Source: an uncultured Acidobacteriaceae bacterium
GTDB lineage: Bacteria > Acidobacteriota > Terriglobia > Terriglobales > Acidobacteriaceae
Reading direction: 5' to 3'
Length of the DNA: 64,000 bases
Assembly: GCA_963825155.1 (NCBI GenBank)
Contig: CAWGRZ010000010.1
Location: 135,547 to 199,546, forward strand
The notes beneath the pieces are model-generated. The model did no database searches and had not been told where the DNA came from. It saw only the letters and a list, made by a program, of their open reading frames with translations. Below are positions 18,246-27,887 of this stretch, one piece after another; within the stretch, counting starts at the first letter, position 1, and every line of letters begins with the position of its first letter. Position numbers and translations under genes: made by a program.

Positions 18246-20057
18246 CTACTGCTCTCGGCCTCTGATCTGCCGCTGGCGTCCGACCCCAGCCGGGACTGCC
18301 TTCGGTTTTGACTTGGCGACTACGCCCCGACCTTCTTCTATGGTCAGTTCCTGATCGGCGGCCTGAACCCCGATCCGGTCCACCGTTCCCGAAGGCCACC
18401 GAATCATGATGGAATCAACCTGTCCCGCCGCGCCCAAACCGAAATGCAGCCGTGGATCGCTGGCCGACTCGAAACTCGAGTTGGCTCGCACCTCGGCGGT
18501 TTGGGTCAGTCCTCCGGCTTTTACCTCGACCCGGGCGCCGAAGCCGTCATGATTGGAGCGTACCCCAACGGTCTTGATCCGCAGCCAATTCCCGCTGGGC
18601 TCGGTCCGGTTCCGAAGCAGCCGCGGAGAAGCGTCCAGCACACTGATCAGCAGGTCTTCGCGCCCATCGTTGAACAAGTCCGCCGTGGCCGCGCCCCGTG
18701 CCACATAGCGGCGAGATATGGCCGACCCAGCCCGCGTTCCGATTTCTTCGAACTTCCCATTCCTAAGGTTGCGGAAAAGCAGCGGACGTTCGGCATAGGT
18801 GACGCCGAAGGAGTGCTGGTCGACCTGCGGGTTCACGTGGCCGTCGGCGACGAAAATATCCTTCCAACCGTCGTTGTCCAAGTCCAGGAACTTAACCCCA
18901 AAACCAAGAAATGGGACGCTGACTGGACCAAAGTTTGAAGGCCCGGCCACGTCCGTGAACTCGCCTGTGTGATCGTTGTGGAACAAGTTGTTGGTGTCGT
19001 CGGAAAAATTGGCCTTCGCGATGTCGGGCCATCCATCGTTGTCATAGTCCGCGGAGTCGATCCCCATGCCGGCCTGTTCGCGCCCATCGCCGCTATAGGC
19101 CACTCCAGCCTGTGCGCCCACTTCGGTGAACCCGCCCTTGCAGTCGCCGTGGTACAGCAGGCTGGGCGTCGAATCATCGGAGACGAATAAATCAAGGCAG
19201 CCGTCGAGGTCGTAGTCCAGCCACATCACACCGAGTCCGTAGTACGAGTCAGGATCAATGTTCAGTTTTTCGGTCACGTCGGTGAAGGTGCCGTCTCCAT
19301 TGTTGTGATACAGGCGGTCCCGTCCGCCCTTCAGCCCGCGCGGGCCGCACGAAACCGCGATGCCGCGATACTGGCAGAAAGGCCCTTGGCCAAATGGCGG
19401 CAGGTGATTGAGATCGAGATCCACATAGTTGGCAACGTAGAGGTCGAGAAAGCCGTCGTTGTCGTAGTCGCCGAAAGCAGCGCTGGTGCCCCAACGGCCG
19501 GCGTTGCCAACTCCAGCCTTGGAGGTCACATCGGTGAAAGTGCCATCGCCGTTATTGTGATAAAGCACCGCGCCATCGAGATACGTAACGTAAAGATCCT
19601 CCTGCCCATCATTGTCATAGTCGCCTACCGCGACGCCGAATCCCCAGCCGCAATGGCTGATGCCGGACTTGGCGGTTACATCCGTGAAGGTTCCATCGTG
19701 ATTATTGTGGTAGAGCTTGCTGGGATGGCACTTGGCCGCTTTCAGATCTGCGAGCGTGGAGCCGTTGACCAGGAAGATGTCCATCCACCCGTCGTTGTCG
19801 TAGTCAAAAACCGCGATCCCGCCGCACATGGACTCCATGATGTAAAGCTTTTCGCGGCCGCCGCAGGTGAGTTGGAAATCAATTCCGGCGGCGCGAGTGA
19901 TGTCGGCAAAAGAAATAGCAGTTGCTGAGGGCTTCTTTTGCCTGGTCGAAGAGGCTCGGCGCGAAGGAGTGCCTTGCGGGAAAGCGAAGTTCGGCAGCCA
20001 GAGGGCAGCCATCCCCGTCGCCACCAGCACCAACCTCAGACACCAGGACCTTCGCAT
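18246..20057 (-). CDS. CRTAC1/ASPIC-UnbV family FG-GAP (VCBS) repeat protein
   Basis: Repeated DYDNDG(W/F/Q)xDL FG-GAP calcium-binding motifs. C-terminal UnbV_ASPIC-like segment (ANSSFESASDPRLHFGLG...IRWPSG). Confidence 0.9.
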   Translation of the reverse strand: MRRSWCLRLVLVATGMAALWLPNFAFPQGTPSRRASSTRQKKPSATAISFADITRAAGIDFQLTCGGREKLYIMESMCGGIAVFDYDNDGWMDIFLVNGSTLADLKAAKCHPSKLYHNNHDGTFTDVTAKSGISHCGWGFGVAVGDYDNDGQEDLYVTYLDGAVLYHNNGDGTFTDVTSKAGVGNAGRWGTSAAFGDYDNDGFLDLYVANYVDLDLNHLPPFGQGPFCQYRGIAVSCGPRGLKGGRDRLYHNNGDGTFTDVTEKLNIDPDSYYGLGVMWLDYDLDGCLDLFVSDDSTPSLLYHGDCKGGFTEVGAQAGVAYSGDGREQAGMGIDSADYDNDGWPDIAKANFSDDTNNLFHNDHTGEFTDVAGPSNFGPVSVPFLGFGVKFLDLDNDGWKDIFVADGHVNPQVDQHSFGVTYAERPLLFRNLRNGKFEEIGTRAGSAISRRYVARGAATADLFNDGREDLLISVLDASPRLLRNRTEPSGNWLRIKTVGVRSNHDGFGARVEVKAGGLTQTAEVRANSSFESASDPRLHFGLGAAGQVDSIMIRWPSGTVDRIGVQAADQELTIEEGRGVVAKSKPKAVPAGVGRQRQIRGREQ

Positions 20058-21154
20058 TATTGGACAGGGCCGGCGGCCATGCCTCCCGTTACCGGTTCGG
20101 CCTTCTTCAATTCGGTAAAAATTTCGAGTTCCTGCCTGGCCTCTTCCTTCTTTCCCAGTTTTTGCAAGGCCCTTGCCAGTTGATAGTGCGGACTGGGGCT
20201 CGACGGCTTCAGAGCAACGGCACGACGCAAGGCAGGAACCGCATCTTCCGCGTCCCCCTGCAGAAGCAGGCCCTTGCCGAGGTCATAAGAGACATCAGGA
20301 TTCTGCGGATCCAGTTCTAGGGCCTTCTTCAAATGCTCGACGCCGGATTTCCACTCTCCCGCTTCGACCTGGCAATGGCCCAGCTCGGAAAGAACCGTGG
20401 GATTATTCACCGAATGCTGCAACTCCTTCTCGAATTCCGCGATAGCATCGTCGTTGTGGCCCAGGCTCGCGTAGGCGAAGCCCAAATGGTAGTGACCGAG
20501 GGGAACGTCTGGGTCCAGACGCAACGCGGTCTGGAACTGTTCGACCGCCTGCATGGTGCGATTCGTATTTTGGTAGGCGCGCCCTAACAACACATGAGCC
20601 AGGGCTGGTTTCGGATTGAGCGTGATCGCTTTTTCCAGTTCCATCGCAGCCTCCGAATAGTGAGCGTCGGAAAGCAGTACCAGCGCCAGGTCGAAATGAA
20701 TGTCGTACTGGGATGCGTCCAGCTTCTCGGCGCGTTGCAGTTGAGTTGTGGCCAGACCGTTCTTCTGCCGCTTGAAGTAGACCAGCCCCAGCCAGTGCCG
20801 GAGTTCGGCGTCGTTGGGCCAGCGTGCGACCGCTGCCTGGCCGATTGTTTCCGCCTCTGCCAGGCGGCCTTGCTGAAGATAACTCAGCAACAGCCCGCGG
20901 TTGGCTTCTTTGCTCTCCGGGACACGCTGACGAGCCTCTTCGAAATCACTCGCTGCTCGGGCAAAGTCACCGGCATCGAGTGCCTCTTGCCCCTCGCGGA
21001 GAAGCGACGGTAGCTGCTGAGTCTGCGCCAACGCGACAACGCTCAGCACAAGCAATCCTAGGAATAAGCCAACCCGGGATAGGCTCTTGTGCCTCAAAGC
21101 AAACAGCCTCAAGTAACTTCGCAAATCTCGCGCCCGTAGTCGAGCGAATCGCAA
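20057..21154 (-). CDS. TPR repeat protein, translationally coupled to the CRTAC1-like gene
   Basis: TPR repeats throughout. Its TAA overlaps the downstream ATG by 1 nt (TAATG at 20055-20059). Confidence 0.85.
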   Translation of the reverse strand: MRFARLRARDLRSYLRLFALRHKSLSRVGLFLGLLVLSVVALAQTQQLPSLLREGQEALDAGDFARAASDFEEARQRVPESKEANRGLLLSYLQQGRLAEAETIGQAAVARWPNDAELRHWLGLVYFKRQKNGLATTQLQRAEKLDASQYDIHFDLALVLLSDAHYSEAAMELEKAITLNPKPALAHVLLGRAYQNTNRTMQAVEQFQTALRLDPDVPLGHYHLGFAYASLGHNDDAIAEFEKELQHSVNNPTVLSELGHCQVEAGEWKSGVEHLKKALELDPQNPDVSYDLGKGLLLQGDAEDAVPALRRAVALKPSSPSPHYQLARALQKLGKKEEARQELEIFTELKKAEPVTGGMAAGPVQ

Positions 21155-21281
21155 AAGCCTACTCCCCCAGGAAACAAACTGTCGGGCTACATCCCGATTC
21201 TCAACATGCTAACAAAGTGGTTGCAACCCACTTCGAAAGATACTAACGTTGCTGGCTAAGTAACGGTCAGGAGGCGTGAAT

Positions 21282-23033
21282 ATGTTGAACGGCATTGTGC
21301 AGCGACTCGTGCGGCGTTCACTGGTGCTGGTTGTCGCGACCGCGGCCTTCGGCGCCCAACAGGCCCAGCAACCCGCGCCGGCCATCCCTCCTCCAACCAT
21401 TCGCCTCACCACGCACATGGTGCTGGTCGATGTGGTGGTGACTGACAAACAAGGGAAAGCGATTACCGGTCTGCGCCCAGAAGATTTTGTGGTTGAGGAA
21501 AACGGCAAAGTGCAGAAGATCTCCAGCCTGACTACGCCCGCGGACAATGCCCCCGCCGCCGTACCCCAACTGCCTCCCGGCATCTATTCCAATCGGCCGC
21601 AGTATCGTTCCACCGGGGCACCGATCACGGTGATGCTGCTCGATGGGCTCAACACTCAGTTTAAAGACCAGGCCTACGCCCGTCGACAGATGCTCGCGTT
21701 TGTCAAAGAAAACTTCAAGCCCGGCGACCGCATGGCAGTCTTTACTTTGACCGGTCCCATGAATGTATTACAGGACTTCACCAGCGATCCGCAGATCTTG
21801 TATACGGCCTTGCAACGCTATAGACCGCAAACCCAGCCTCTTACGAGCAACACGCAGCCAGCAACCAGCAACGGGGCAGGACCCGCAACTGCCGGGTCAG
21901 TCGTGGCGAGCCTCGATGCGAGTTCACTGCCCCCCAGCGACAGCAGCAGTGATGCGGGCACTCTTCGAGGAGGTGGCGCGTCCGCCGCAATTGCGACTGC
22001 TCAGGCGGCGCTTCAATCCTTCGAAGGCGCGCAGGTGGCGTATGCCAAAGACCAGCGTGCGGTGCTTACCCTGAACGCTCTGGGAAGTCTGGCGCGCATC
22101 CTGGGCGGACTCCCCGGACGCAAGAACCTGATCTGGGTCACTGGCGATCTTCCATTTTCTTTCATCCCCGAAGACCGTGTCATGACCGACGCGGAACTCG
22201 CCGAAGATTTACCCAGCTTGGACACGCGCCGCGTCGACGAGCACGCGGCCGGTAACTATGCGGCAACGTTTCGTGCCTCGCATGCCGAGGAAATTCGCGA
22301 AACCGCCTCTCGCCTCGCCAGCGCACAAGTCGCGGTATATCCCGTAGACGCGAGGGGCTTGTCGATTTCGACGGATATCGACGCGCAGGAAACCATGCGG
22401 GAGATGGCGCACGAGACCGGCGGACGGGCCTACGTCAATCAGAACGAAATCAAGGTCGGAGTAGAGCGCGCCTTTGCCGACGAGTCTGCCGCTTACACCA
22501 TTGGCTACTACCCCGAAAACAAGAAATACGACGGCAAGTATCGCTCCATCAAAATCAAGGTGAAACGGGATGGCGTGGAGGTGCAGAACCGCCGCGGCTA
22601 TTACGCTATCGATCCCACGCAGGTCAAGGGCTACAACCCGCAGGAAGAAGTGGCTTCGGCTCTCACAGAGCCCGTGCCCTCAACTTTAGTATCGTTTACC
22701 GCCCAGGTGAAGCCGCCCGCCGAGAATTCCGATCATACCAAGATCGGGGTGACCTACCTGGTGGACGCCAGCACGCTCTCCGCCGAAGACAAATCCGGCG
22801 GCAAGCATCTGGATGTTGTCTTTTATGCCACCATTTATTCCCCTGCGGGAAAGATCGTCTCCAACAACAGCCAGAAAGTTGACCAGACCGTCCCCGAAAA
22901 CGTCTATCAGCAGATTGTGCAGAAAGGCCTCATGCTGCATCTGGATCTGGCTCCACAGCCCGGCCAGTTGCGCCTCGCCGTGCAAGATGGACGCACCGGG
23001 CTGGTGGGGACGATCAACGCGGGATCGCAGTAA
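21282..23033 (+). CDS. VWA domain protein (acidobacterial VWFA-related family)
   Basis: AGGAGG at 21269-21274 lies 7 nt before the ATG at 21282. N-terminal HMVLVDVVVTDKQGKAITGL and VMLLDGLNTQF...GDRMAVFTL are typical of this family. Confidence 0.85.
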   Translation: MLNGIVQRLVRRSLVLVVATAAFGAQQAQQPAPAIPPPTIRLTTHMVLVDVVVTDKQGKAITGLRPEDFVVEENGKVQKISSLTTPADNAPAAVPQLPPGIYSNRPQYRSTGAPITVMLLDGLNTQFKDQAYARRQMLAFVKENFKPGDRMAVFTLTGPMNVLQDFTSDPQILYTALQRYRPQTQPLTSNTQPATSNGAGPATAGSVVASLDASSLPPSDSSSDAGTLRGGGASAAIATAQAALQSFEGAQVAYAKDQRAVLTLNALGSLARILGGLPGRKNLIWVTGDLPFSFIPEDRVMTDAELAEDLPSLDTRRVDEHAAGNYAATFRASHAEEIRETASRLASAQVAVYPVDARGLSISTDIDAQETMREMAHETGGRAYVNQNEIKVGVERAFADESAAYTIGYYPENKKYDGKYRSIKIKVKRDGVEVQNRRGYYAIDPTQVKGYNPQEEVASALTEPVPSTLVSFTAQVKPPAENSDHTKIGVTYLVDASTLSAEDKSGGKHLDVVFYATIYSPAGKIVSNNSQKVDQTVPENVYQQIVQKGLMLHLDLAPQPGQLRLAVQDGRTGLVGTINAGSQ

Positions 23034-23043
23034 GTCTGCGGCG

Positions 23044-24801
23044 TCATTGTGGCGACAAGCGGGCAGCTGCAGCGCCTTCGCGCTCTGCGTCCTGCGTCCG
23101 TCCCAAATGCCCGTAGACCTCGGCCAAGGTAGAGTGCAACGTGGCGCACTCGGGTAAACGTACAGCCGCGATTTCCAGATGCACGACAGATGTCTTGAAA
23201 TCCCCGGTCTTCATCAGGCTCAGACCCATGGCATAGTGGGCCCATGCGGAATTGGGTTGCAGTTCAATCGCTTGGTGCAGGTACTTGATCGCTTCTCCAT
23301 ATTGCCGCTGTTGGGCCAGCGCGATTCCCATGCCATACTGCGCCAGGTAAATGTTGGGTTGTGATGCGAGCACCTGCCGCAGCACCGGTATCGCTTTCTC
23401 CGGCTTACTGTCATCCAAATCAAGAAGTGCTGCCGCGGTCTTGTTGGCGGCGGCGATCATGTCCTTTGGATCGATCCCCTCCGTCGCGGCCTTCACGCCC
23501 GCGCCCGAGGACTGCAGCCCCACATATCCTAGGGAAGCCAGCTTCTGCATCTCGCTCGACGTCAGGCCTGAGCCCGATTTCCCGGTCTCGCTTCCGAGAT
23601 GGCTGTCGAGCGCTTGCATTTGCCCGGCCATGGTCTGAAGCGTGGCCTTGGAACTCTGCGCCAGGTTGTGGGTCGCGTTAGGATCGGCGGCCAGATCGTA
23701 CAGTTCCGGTTTCGGTGCGCGGATGTAGAGATATTTTCCCGCGCGCCATGATTCGAGCGCGCTCCACCCGAATCCCTGGCGCGGAAGTTCGCTGCGTGCA
23801 TACGCCGGTTGGTCGGCCTGGGAACTCGCCTGAGCGATTCGCATCAGGGACTGCCCCTGCATCTGCGAGGGAACCGGAATGCCGGCCGCATCGAGCACCG
23901 TGGGAGCAATATCCAGGAGACCGGCACGATTCTTCACCTGCCTGCCCGCCATCTGATTCTTCGGCAATTTCAGCACTAGCGGTACATGGATAGTCTCGTC
24001 ATACAAGAAAATGCCGTGCGTGTCCTCTCCGTGCGCGCCCAAACTTTCGCCGTGGTCAGAAGCGACCACCATTAAACTGTTGTCATAGAGCGACTGCGCG
24101 CGCAGTGAGCTCAACAACTTCCCCACTGCGGCGTCGGCCGCGGCTACGGCATGATCGTACGAACCACCATAAGGTGCGTGGGGATCGTCCAGGTGCACCC
24201 ACAGAAAGAAGGGCCTTTGTTTGTTGCCTGTCAGCCACTTCACGGCGCGCCCCACCACCTGGTCCCCGCGGCGCTCGACCGACTCGTAGCGGTTTTCGCC
24301 ACGCTCCGGCTGATGGAATCCGGCATCGTACACGTCAAACCCACGGTCATAACCCTGAAACGGCCCGTTTCGAGGATCCAGCCGGATCGATCCCACAAAT
24401 GCCGCCGTGTGGTACCCGCCGGCATGAAGCAAATCCGGCAAACAGGGAAGCGTTGTCGCTAACGGAACCCCCAACTCACTCGCACGATGGGTCTGGGGAT
24501 AAGTTCCGGTGAGAATAGTCGCTGTGGAGGCCACCGTGACGGGTGCTTGCGCGTAGGCTTGGCGAAAAACAATTCCCTGGCGCGCCAGGGCATCCAGGCT
24601 GGGAGTCAGGCGGCTGTGCGCTCCCAGAAAACCCATCCGGTCCGCCCGCGCCGAATCAACAGTAATAAGGACGATATTCGGTTTGCCCGCTGCCAGGGAG
24701 TCGACCGGGAAAACAACCAGGATTAGAATGCCAATCAGAGCCCAAAAACCCAAACGCCGCAACATGGATAGAAGTCTAACAACGTTTCGGAAGAGTGTCA
24801 C
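23044..24801 (-). CDS. sulfatase-like AP-superfamily domain + TPR repeats (paralog D)
   Basis: GTG start at 24801. ITVDSARADR, SDHGESLGAHGE, T89-V-A-S-T at 24523-24537. C-terminal TPRs. Confidence 0.9.
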   Translation of the reverse strand: MTLFRNVVRLLSMLRRLGFWALIGILILVVFPVDSLAAGKPNIVLITVDSARADRMGFLGAHSRLTPSLDALARQGIVFRQAYAQAPVTVASTATILTGTYPQTHRASELGVPLATTLPCLPDLLHAGGYHTAAFVGSIRLDPRNGPFQGYDRGFDVYDAGFHQPERGENRYESVERRGDQVVGRAVKWLTGNKQRPFFLWVHLDDPHAPYGGSYDHAVAAADAAVGKLLSSLRAQSLYDNSLMVVASDHGESLGAHGEDTHGIFLYDETIHVPLVLKLPKNQMAGRQVKNRAGLLDIAPTVLDAAGIPVPSQMQGQSLMRIAQASSQADQPAYARSELPRQGFGWSALESWRAGKYLYIRAPKPELYDLAADPNATHNLAQSSKATLQTMAGQMQALDSHLGSETGKSGSGLTSSEMQKLASLGYVGLQSSGAGVKAATEGIDPKDMIAAANKTAAALLDLDDSKPEKAIPVLRQVLASQPNIYLAQYGMGIALAQQRQYGEAIKYLHQAIELQPNSAWAHYAMGLSLMKTGDFKTSVVHLEIAAVRLPECATLHSTLAEVYGHLGRTQDAEREGAAAARLSPQ

Positions 24802-24834
24802 AAACGCCAGCCATGACTGTCGAGGATTGCGCCT

Positions 24835-26826
24835 CTGAAGAAAACCGCCTGGGTACTATGCGCCTGCCTCCTGCTACTCGCGTTGGCAATGCTGCCTTCC
24901 TGCCGGTCGGCTCACGCTGACTGGCACCGCGATCAGCGCCTCATTATTCTGGGCATCGACGGCATGGATCCCCAACTGCTCCGCCAGTTCATGCGCGAAG
25001 GCAAGATGCCCAACTTCGCCAGACTCGCTGCCCAGGGAGACTTCCGACAACTCACGACCAGTATTCCGCCGCAAAGTCCGGTGGCGTGGTCCAACCTGAT
25101 TACGGGCATGAATGCCGGCGGTCACGGTATCTTCGATTTCATTCATCGCGACCCCAAGACTCTCGATCTTTATTTCTCGGCCTCGCGAGTCGAGGGGCCA
25201 AAGCACTCGATCCACCTCGGTAACTGGGAGATTCCTCTCGGTGGCGGAAGCGCGGAACAACTGCGTAAAGGCGAAGCCTTCTGGCAGATCCTCGATCAAC
25301 ATGGAATCCCGAATACGATTTTTCGCATTCCCTCCAACTTTCCTCCCGTCCCAGCCAAGGGCAAAACCCTCTCCGGCATGGGAACGCCCGATCTGCGCGG
25401 AACCTACGGCACATTCTCGTTCTACACCGATGATCCCCTGGCCGTTCCCGGCGCCGTCGAGGGAGGGCAAATCATTCCTGTACAGGTTGAGAACTCACGC
25501 GTGACTGCCAACCTGATCGGACCCAACAACACCTTTAGAAAAGGATTGCCTCCCGCTACTGAGCCCTTCTCCGTTGCGGTCGATCCGCTGGAGGCCGTTG
25601 CCAAGATTGCTGTTCAAGGTCAGGACTTCGTGCTGCGCGAAGGAGAGTGGAGCGACTGGGTCCGCATCGAATTCCAACTGATTCCTTTTTTTGGAAATGT
25701 AAAGGGGATGTGTCGCTTTTATTTAAAGCAGGCACATCCCCGGTTTCAGCTCTACGTCTCGCCCATCAACCTTGACCCTGCCGATCCCGCGCTCCCGATT
25801 TCGACTCCGTCCAGCTACTCCCGCCTCCTCTCTGACGAAACTGGAGAGTTTTATACCCAGGGAATTTCCGAGGACACGAAGTCTCTCTCGGATGGCGTGC
25901 TCGACGACAACGAATATTTGCAGCAGGCCCGAACCGTGCTGGCTGAGCATCGCCGGATTTTCGACGCTGAGTTCCCCAAGTTTAAGCAAGGCGTTTTCTT
26001 TTTCTATTTTTCCAGCATCGATCTCAACTCACACATGTTCTGGCGCCTCATGGACCCCAGGCATCCGGAATACGATCCCGCGCTCGCCGCTCAGAACGGC
26101 TCGGCGATCGAAAGCTTCTATGAGCAGATGGATCAGGTGCTGGGGGAGGTATTGCCCAGACTGGACAGACAAACGACCCTGCTCGTCCTCTCCGACCACG
26201 GATTCGCCCCCTATTACCGCTCCTTCAACCTGAATACGTGGTTGCTGAACCATGGATACATCCGGCTGAAAGCCGATGCCAATCCCGACCCCAACTTGCC
26301 GTTCGCCAATGTCGACTGGACTCAAACCCGGGCTTACGGTCTAGGACTCAATGGGCTCTACCTCAACCTGAAGGGCCGAGAGGCCCATGGCATCGTCGAG
26401 CCGGGTTCCTCGGCCGAAAAGCTGATGGCGGAAATTCGGGACAAGCTACTCGCGGTGCGAGATCCGAAAACAGATCTGCCCGTGATTACCCGCATGGATA
26501 TTGCCAGCGAAGTTTACCAGGGGCCGTATGCGCGCTCCGGTCCGGATATGCTGGTCGGCTATAACCGGGGCTACCGCGCCGGATGGAAAACGATTCTCGG
26601 TGCATTTCCGCCTGAGGAACTCGAAGACAACACCAATCCCTGGAGCGGAGACCACTGCATGGATTACACGCTGGTTCCCGGAGTGCTGCTCAGCAACCAT
26701 AAAATTGTGGCTGAGACGCCCGCCCTCACCGACATTGCCCCCACCATTCTGTCGGAGTTTGGAATCGCCAGGGCAAAAGGTATGATTGGACAATCGGTGT
26801 TTCAGTCCGGTGGCAGCACCCGCTGA
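24835..26826 (+). CDS. alkaline phosphatase family protein, type-I phosphodiesterase/NPP-like (AlkP1); probable CTG start
   Basis: LGIDGMDP metal site, S-P-V-A-W nucleophile region (Ser codon 25075-25077), SDHGF. The ORF track starts at TTG 24883, but a complete signal peptide is encoded from CTG 24835, preceded by GAGGA at 24822-24826. Confidence 0.85.
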   Translation: MKKTAWVLCACLLLLALAMLPSCRSAHADWHRDQRLIILGIDGMDPQLLRQFMREGKMPNFARLAAQGDFRQLTTSIPPQSPVAWSNLITGMNAGGHGIFDFIHRDPKTLDLYFSASRVEGPKHSIHLGNWEIPLGGGSAEQLRKGEAFWQILDQHGIPNTIFRIPSNFPPVPAKGKTLSGMGTPDLRGTYGTFSFYTDDPLAVPGAVEGGQIIPVQVENSRVTANLIGPNNTFRKGLPPATEPFSVAVDPLEAVAKIAVQGQDFVLREGEWSDWVRIEFQLIPFFGNVKGMCRFYLKQAHPRFQLYVSPINLDPADPALPISTPSSYSRLLSDETGEFYTQGISEDTKSLSDGVLDDNEYLQQARTVLAEHRRIFDAEFPKFKQGVFFFYFSSIDLNSHMFWRLMDPRHPEYDPALAAQNGSAIESFYEQMDQVLGEVLPRLDRQTTLLVLSDHGFAPYYRSFNLNTWLLNHGYIRLKADANPDPNLPFANVDWTQTRAYGLGLNGLYLNLKGREAHGIVEPGSSAEKLMAEIRDKLLAVRDPKTDLPVITRMDIASEVYQGPYARSGPDMLVGYNRGYRAGWKTILGAFPPEELEDNTNPWSGDHCMDYTLVPGVLLSNHKIVAETPALTDIAPTILSEFGIARAKGMIGQSVFQSGGSTR

Positions 26827-26878
26827 CTTTTTTCATGAACGTCTTTCATTAACGTCTTTCAGTTAACCAAGGAGATCG

Positions 26879-27088
26879 ATGTTCGGCTCTCACAAAGTGA
26901 AGATCGAAGGCGAACTGCTGGATAAGGTGAAGCAATGTGCGGAGGCGTGCGGCTACGCCTCGGTGGACGAATTTGTGGTTCACGCTCTGGAAAAAGAAGT
27001 GAACAAAGTGCTGCCTCCCAGCGAAGGCGGGTCGACCTCAAAGGAAATCATAAAGAAGCGGTTGCAGGGACTTGGGTATATCGAGTAG
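26879..27088 (+). CDS. 69-aa ribbon-helix-helix-like protein with C-terminal RLQGLGYIE tail
   Basis: AAGGAG at 26869-26874 precedes the ATG at 26879. VKIEGELLDKVKQCAEACGYASVDEFVVHALEKEV fits a strand-helix-helix (CopG/Arc-like) pattern. Confidence 0.65.
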   Translation: MFGSHKVKIEGELLDKVKQCAEACGYASVDEFVVHALEKEVNKVLPPSEGGSTSKEIIKKRLQGLGYIE

Positions 27089-27113
27089 TTCGGCCCCGCC
27101 GCTTTTCACGCCT

Positions 27114-27887
27114 ATGGGCTCTCTTGGAGTCAACCTGCCAGCTTTCATCGTTGTCGGCATTTCATTGGTGATTGGGCTGCTGATGGTGGTCGTGTTTCGC
27201 TATACCTCTGACCAGAAAGCAATCCACGATGCCAAGGATCGTCTCAAAGCGCATCTGCTGGCCCTACGACTCTTTCAGGATCAGATTCCCGTGGTCCTCC
27301 GTTCTTACGCTCGCATTCTGCTGGCCACCGGTCACTATCTCCGCCTGGCGTTCAAGCCGGTGCTGTTTGTGATTGTGCCCCTGACTTTCCTAATTGTTCA
27401 ATTGGATCGCTACCTGGCATCGACGCCTTTGGAAGTGGGGCACTCTTTTCTAGTAAAGGCGCATGTAGCCAATCCCGACACACTCAATGATGTTTCGCTT
27501 CAGTTGCCAGGCGGGCTGGCGACGAGTGCCCCAGCCGTTCATGTGCCCGCGGAGAACGAAGTGGCGTGGAGAGTGGTGGCTGAAAGAGCCGGAGACTACG
27601 TGGTCAATGTTCACGACTCCGCCCAGTCTTCCTTGAAGCGCGTCGTGGTGGGTTCCGGCTTGTCTCGTTTGTCGCCAGTACGCCTGCGCGGGAAATTCTG
27701 GGAACGCATCTTTATTTCTGGAGAACCCGCCCTGCCGCGGAACAGTCTCATCGACACGATCGAGGTCCAGTATCCCGCCCGGGACATCGCTTTTGCCGGG
27801 TTCGAATGGAACTGGATCTGGCTGTTTTTTGTCCTGTCCCTCGCGTCAGGCTTCCTTTTCAAGAGTATTCTTGGGATTGAGATATGA
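27114..27887 (+). CDS. three-TM membrane protein with a roughly 150-aa soluble loop domain (uncharacterised)
   Basis: Three hydrophobic helices (LPAFIVVGISLVIGLLMVVVF, VLFVIVPLTFLIVQL, LFFVLSLASGFLFKSILGI). An alternative TTG start at 27072 overlaps the previous gene. The stop overlaps the next ATG (ATGA at 27884-27887). Confidence 0.7.
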   Translation: MGSLGVNLPAFIVVGISLVIGLLMVVVFRYTSDQKAIHDAKDRLKAHLLALRLFQDQIPVVLRSYARILLATGHYLRLAFKPVLFVIVPLTFLIVQLDRYLASTPLEVGHSFLVKAHVANPDTLNDVSLQLPGGLATSAPAVHVPAENEVAWRVVAERAGDYVVNVHDSAQSSLKRVVVGSGLSRLSPVRLRGKFWERIFISGEPALPRNSLIDTIEVQYPARDIAFAGFEWNWIWLFFVLSLASGFLFKSILGIEI

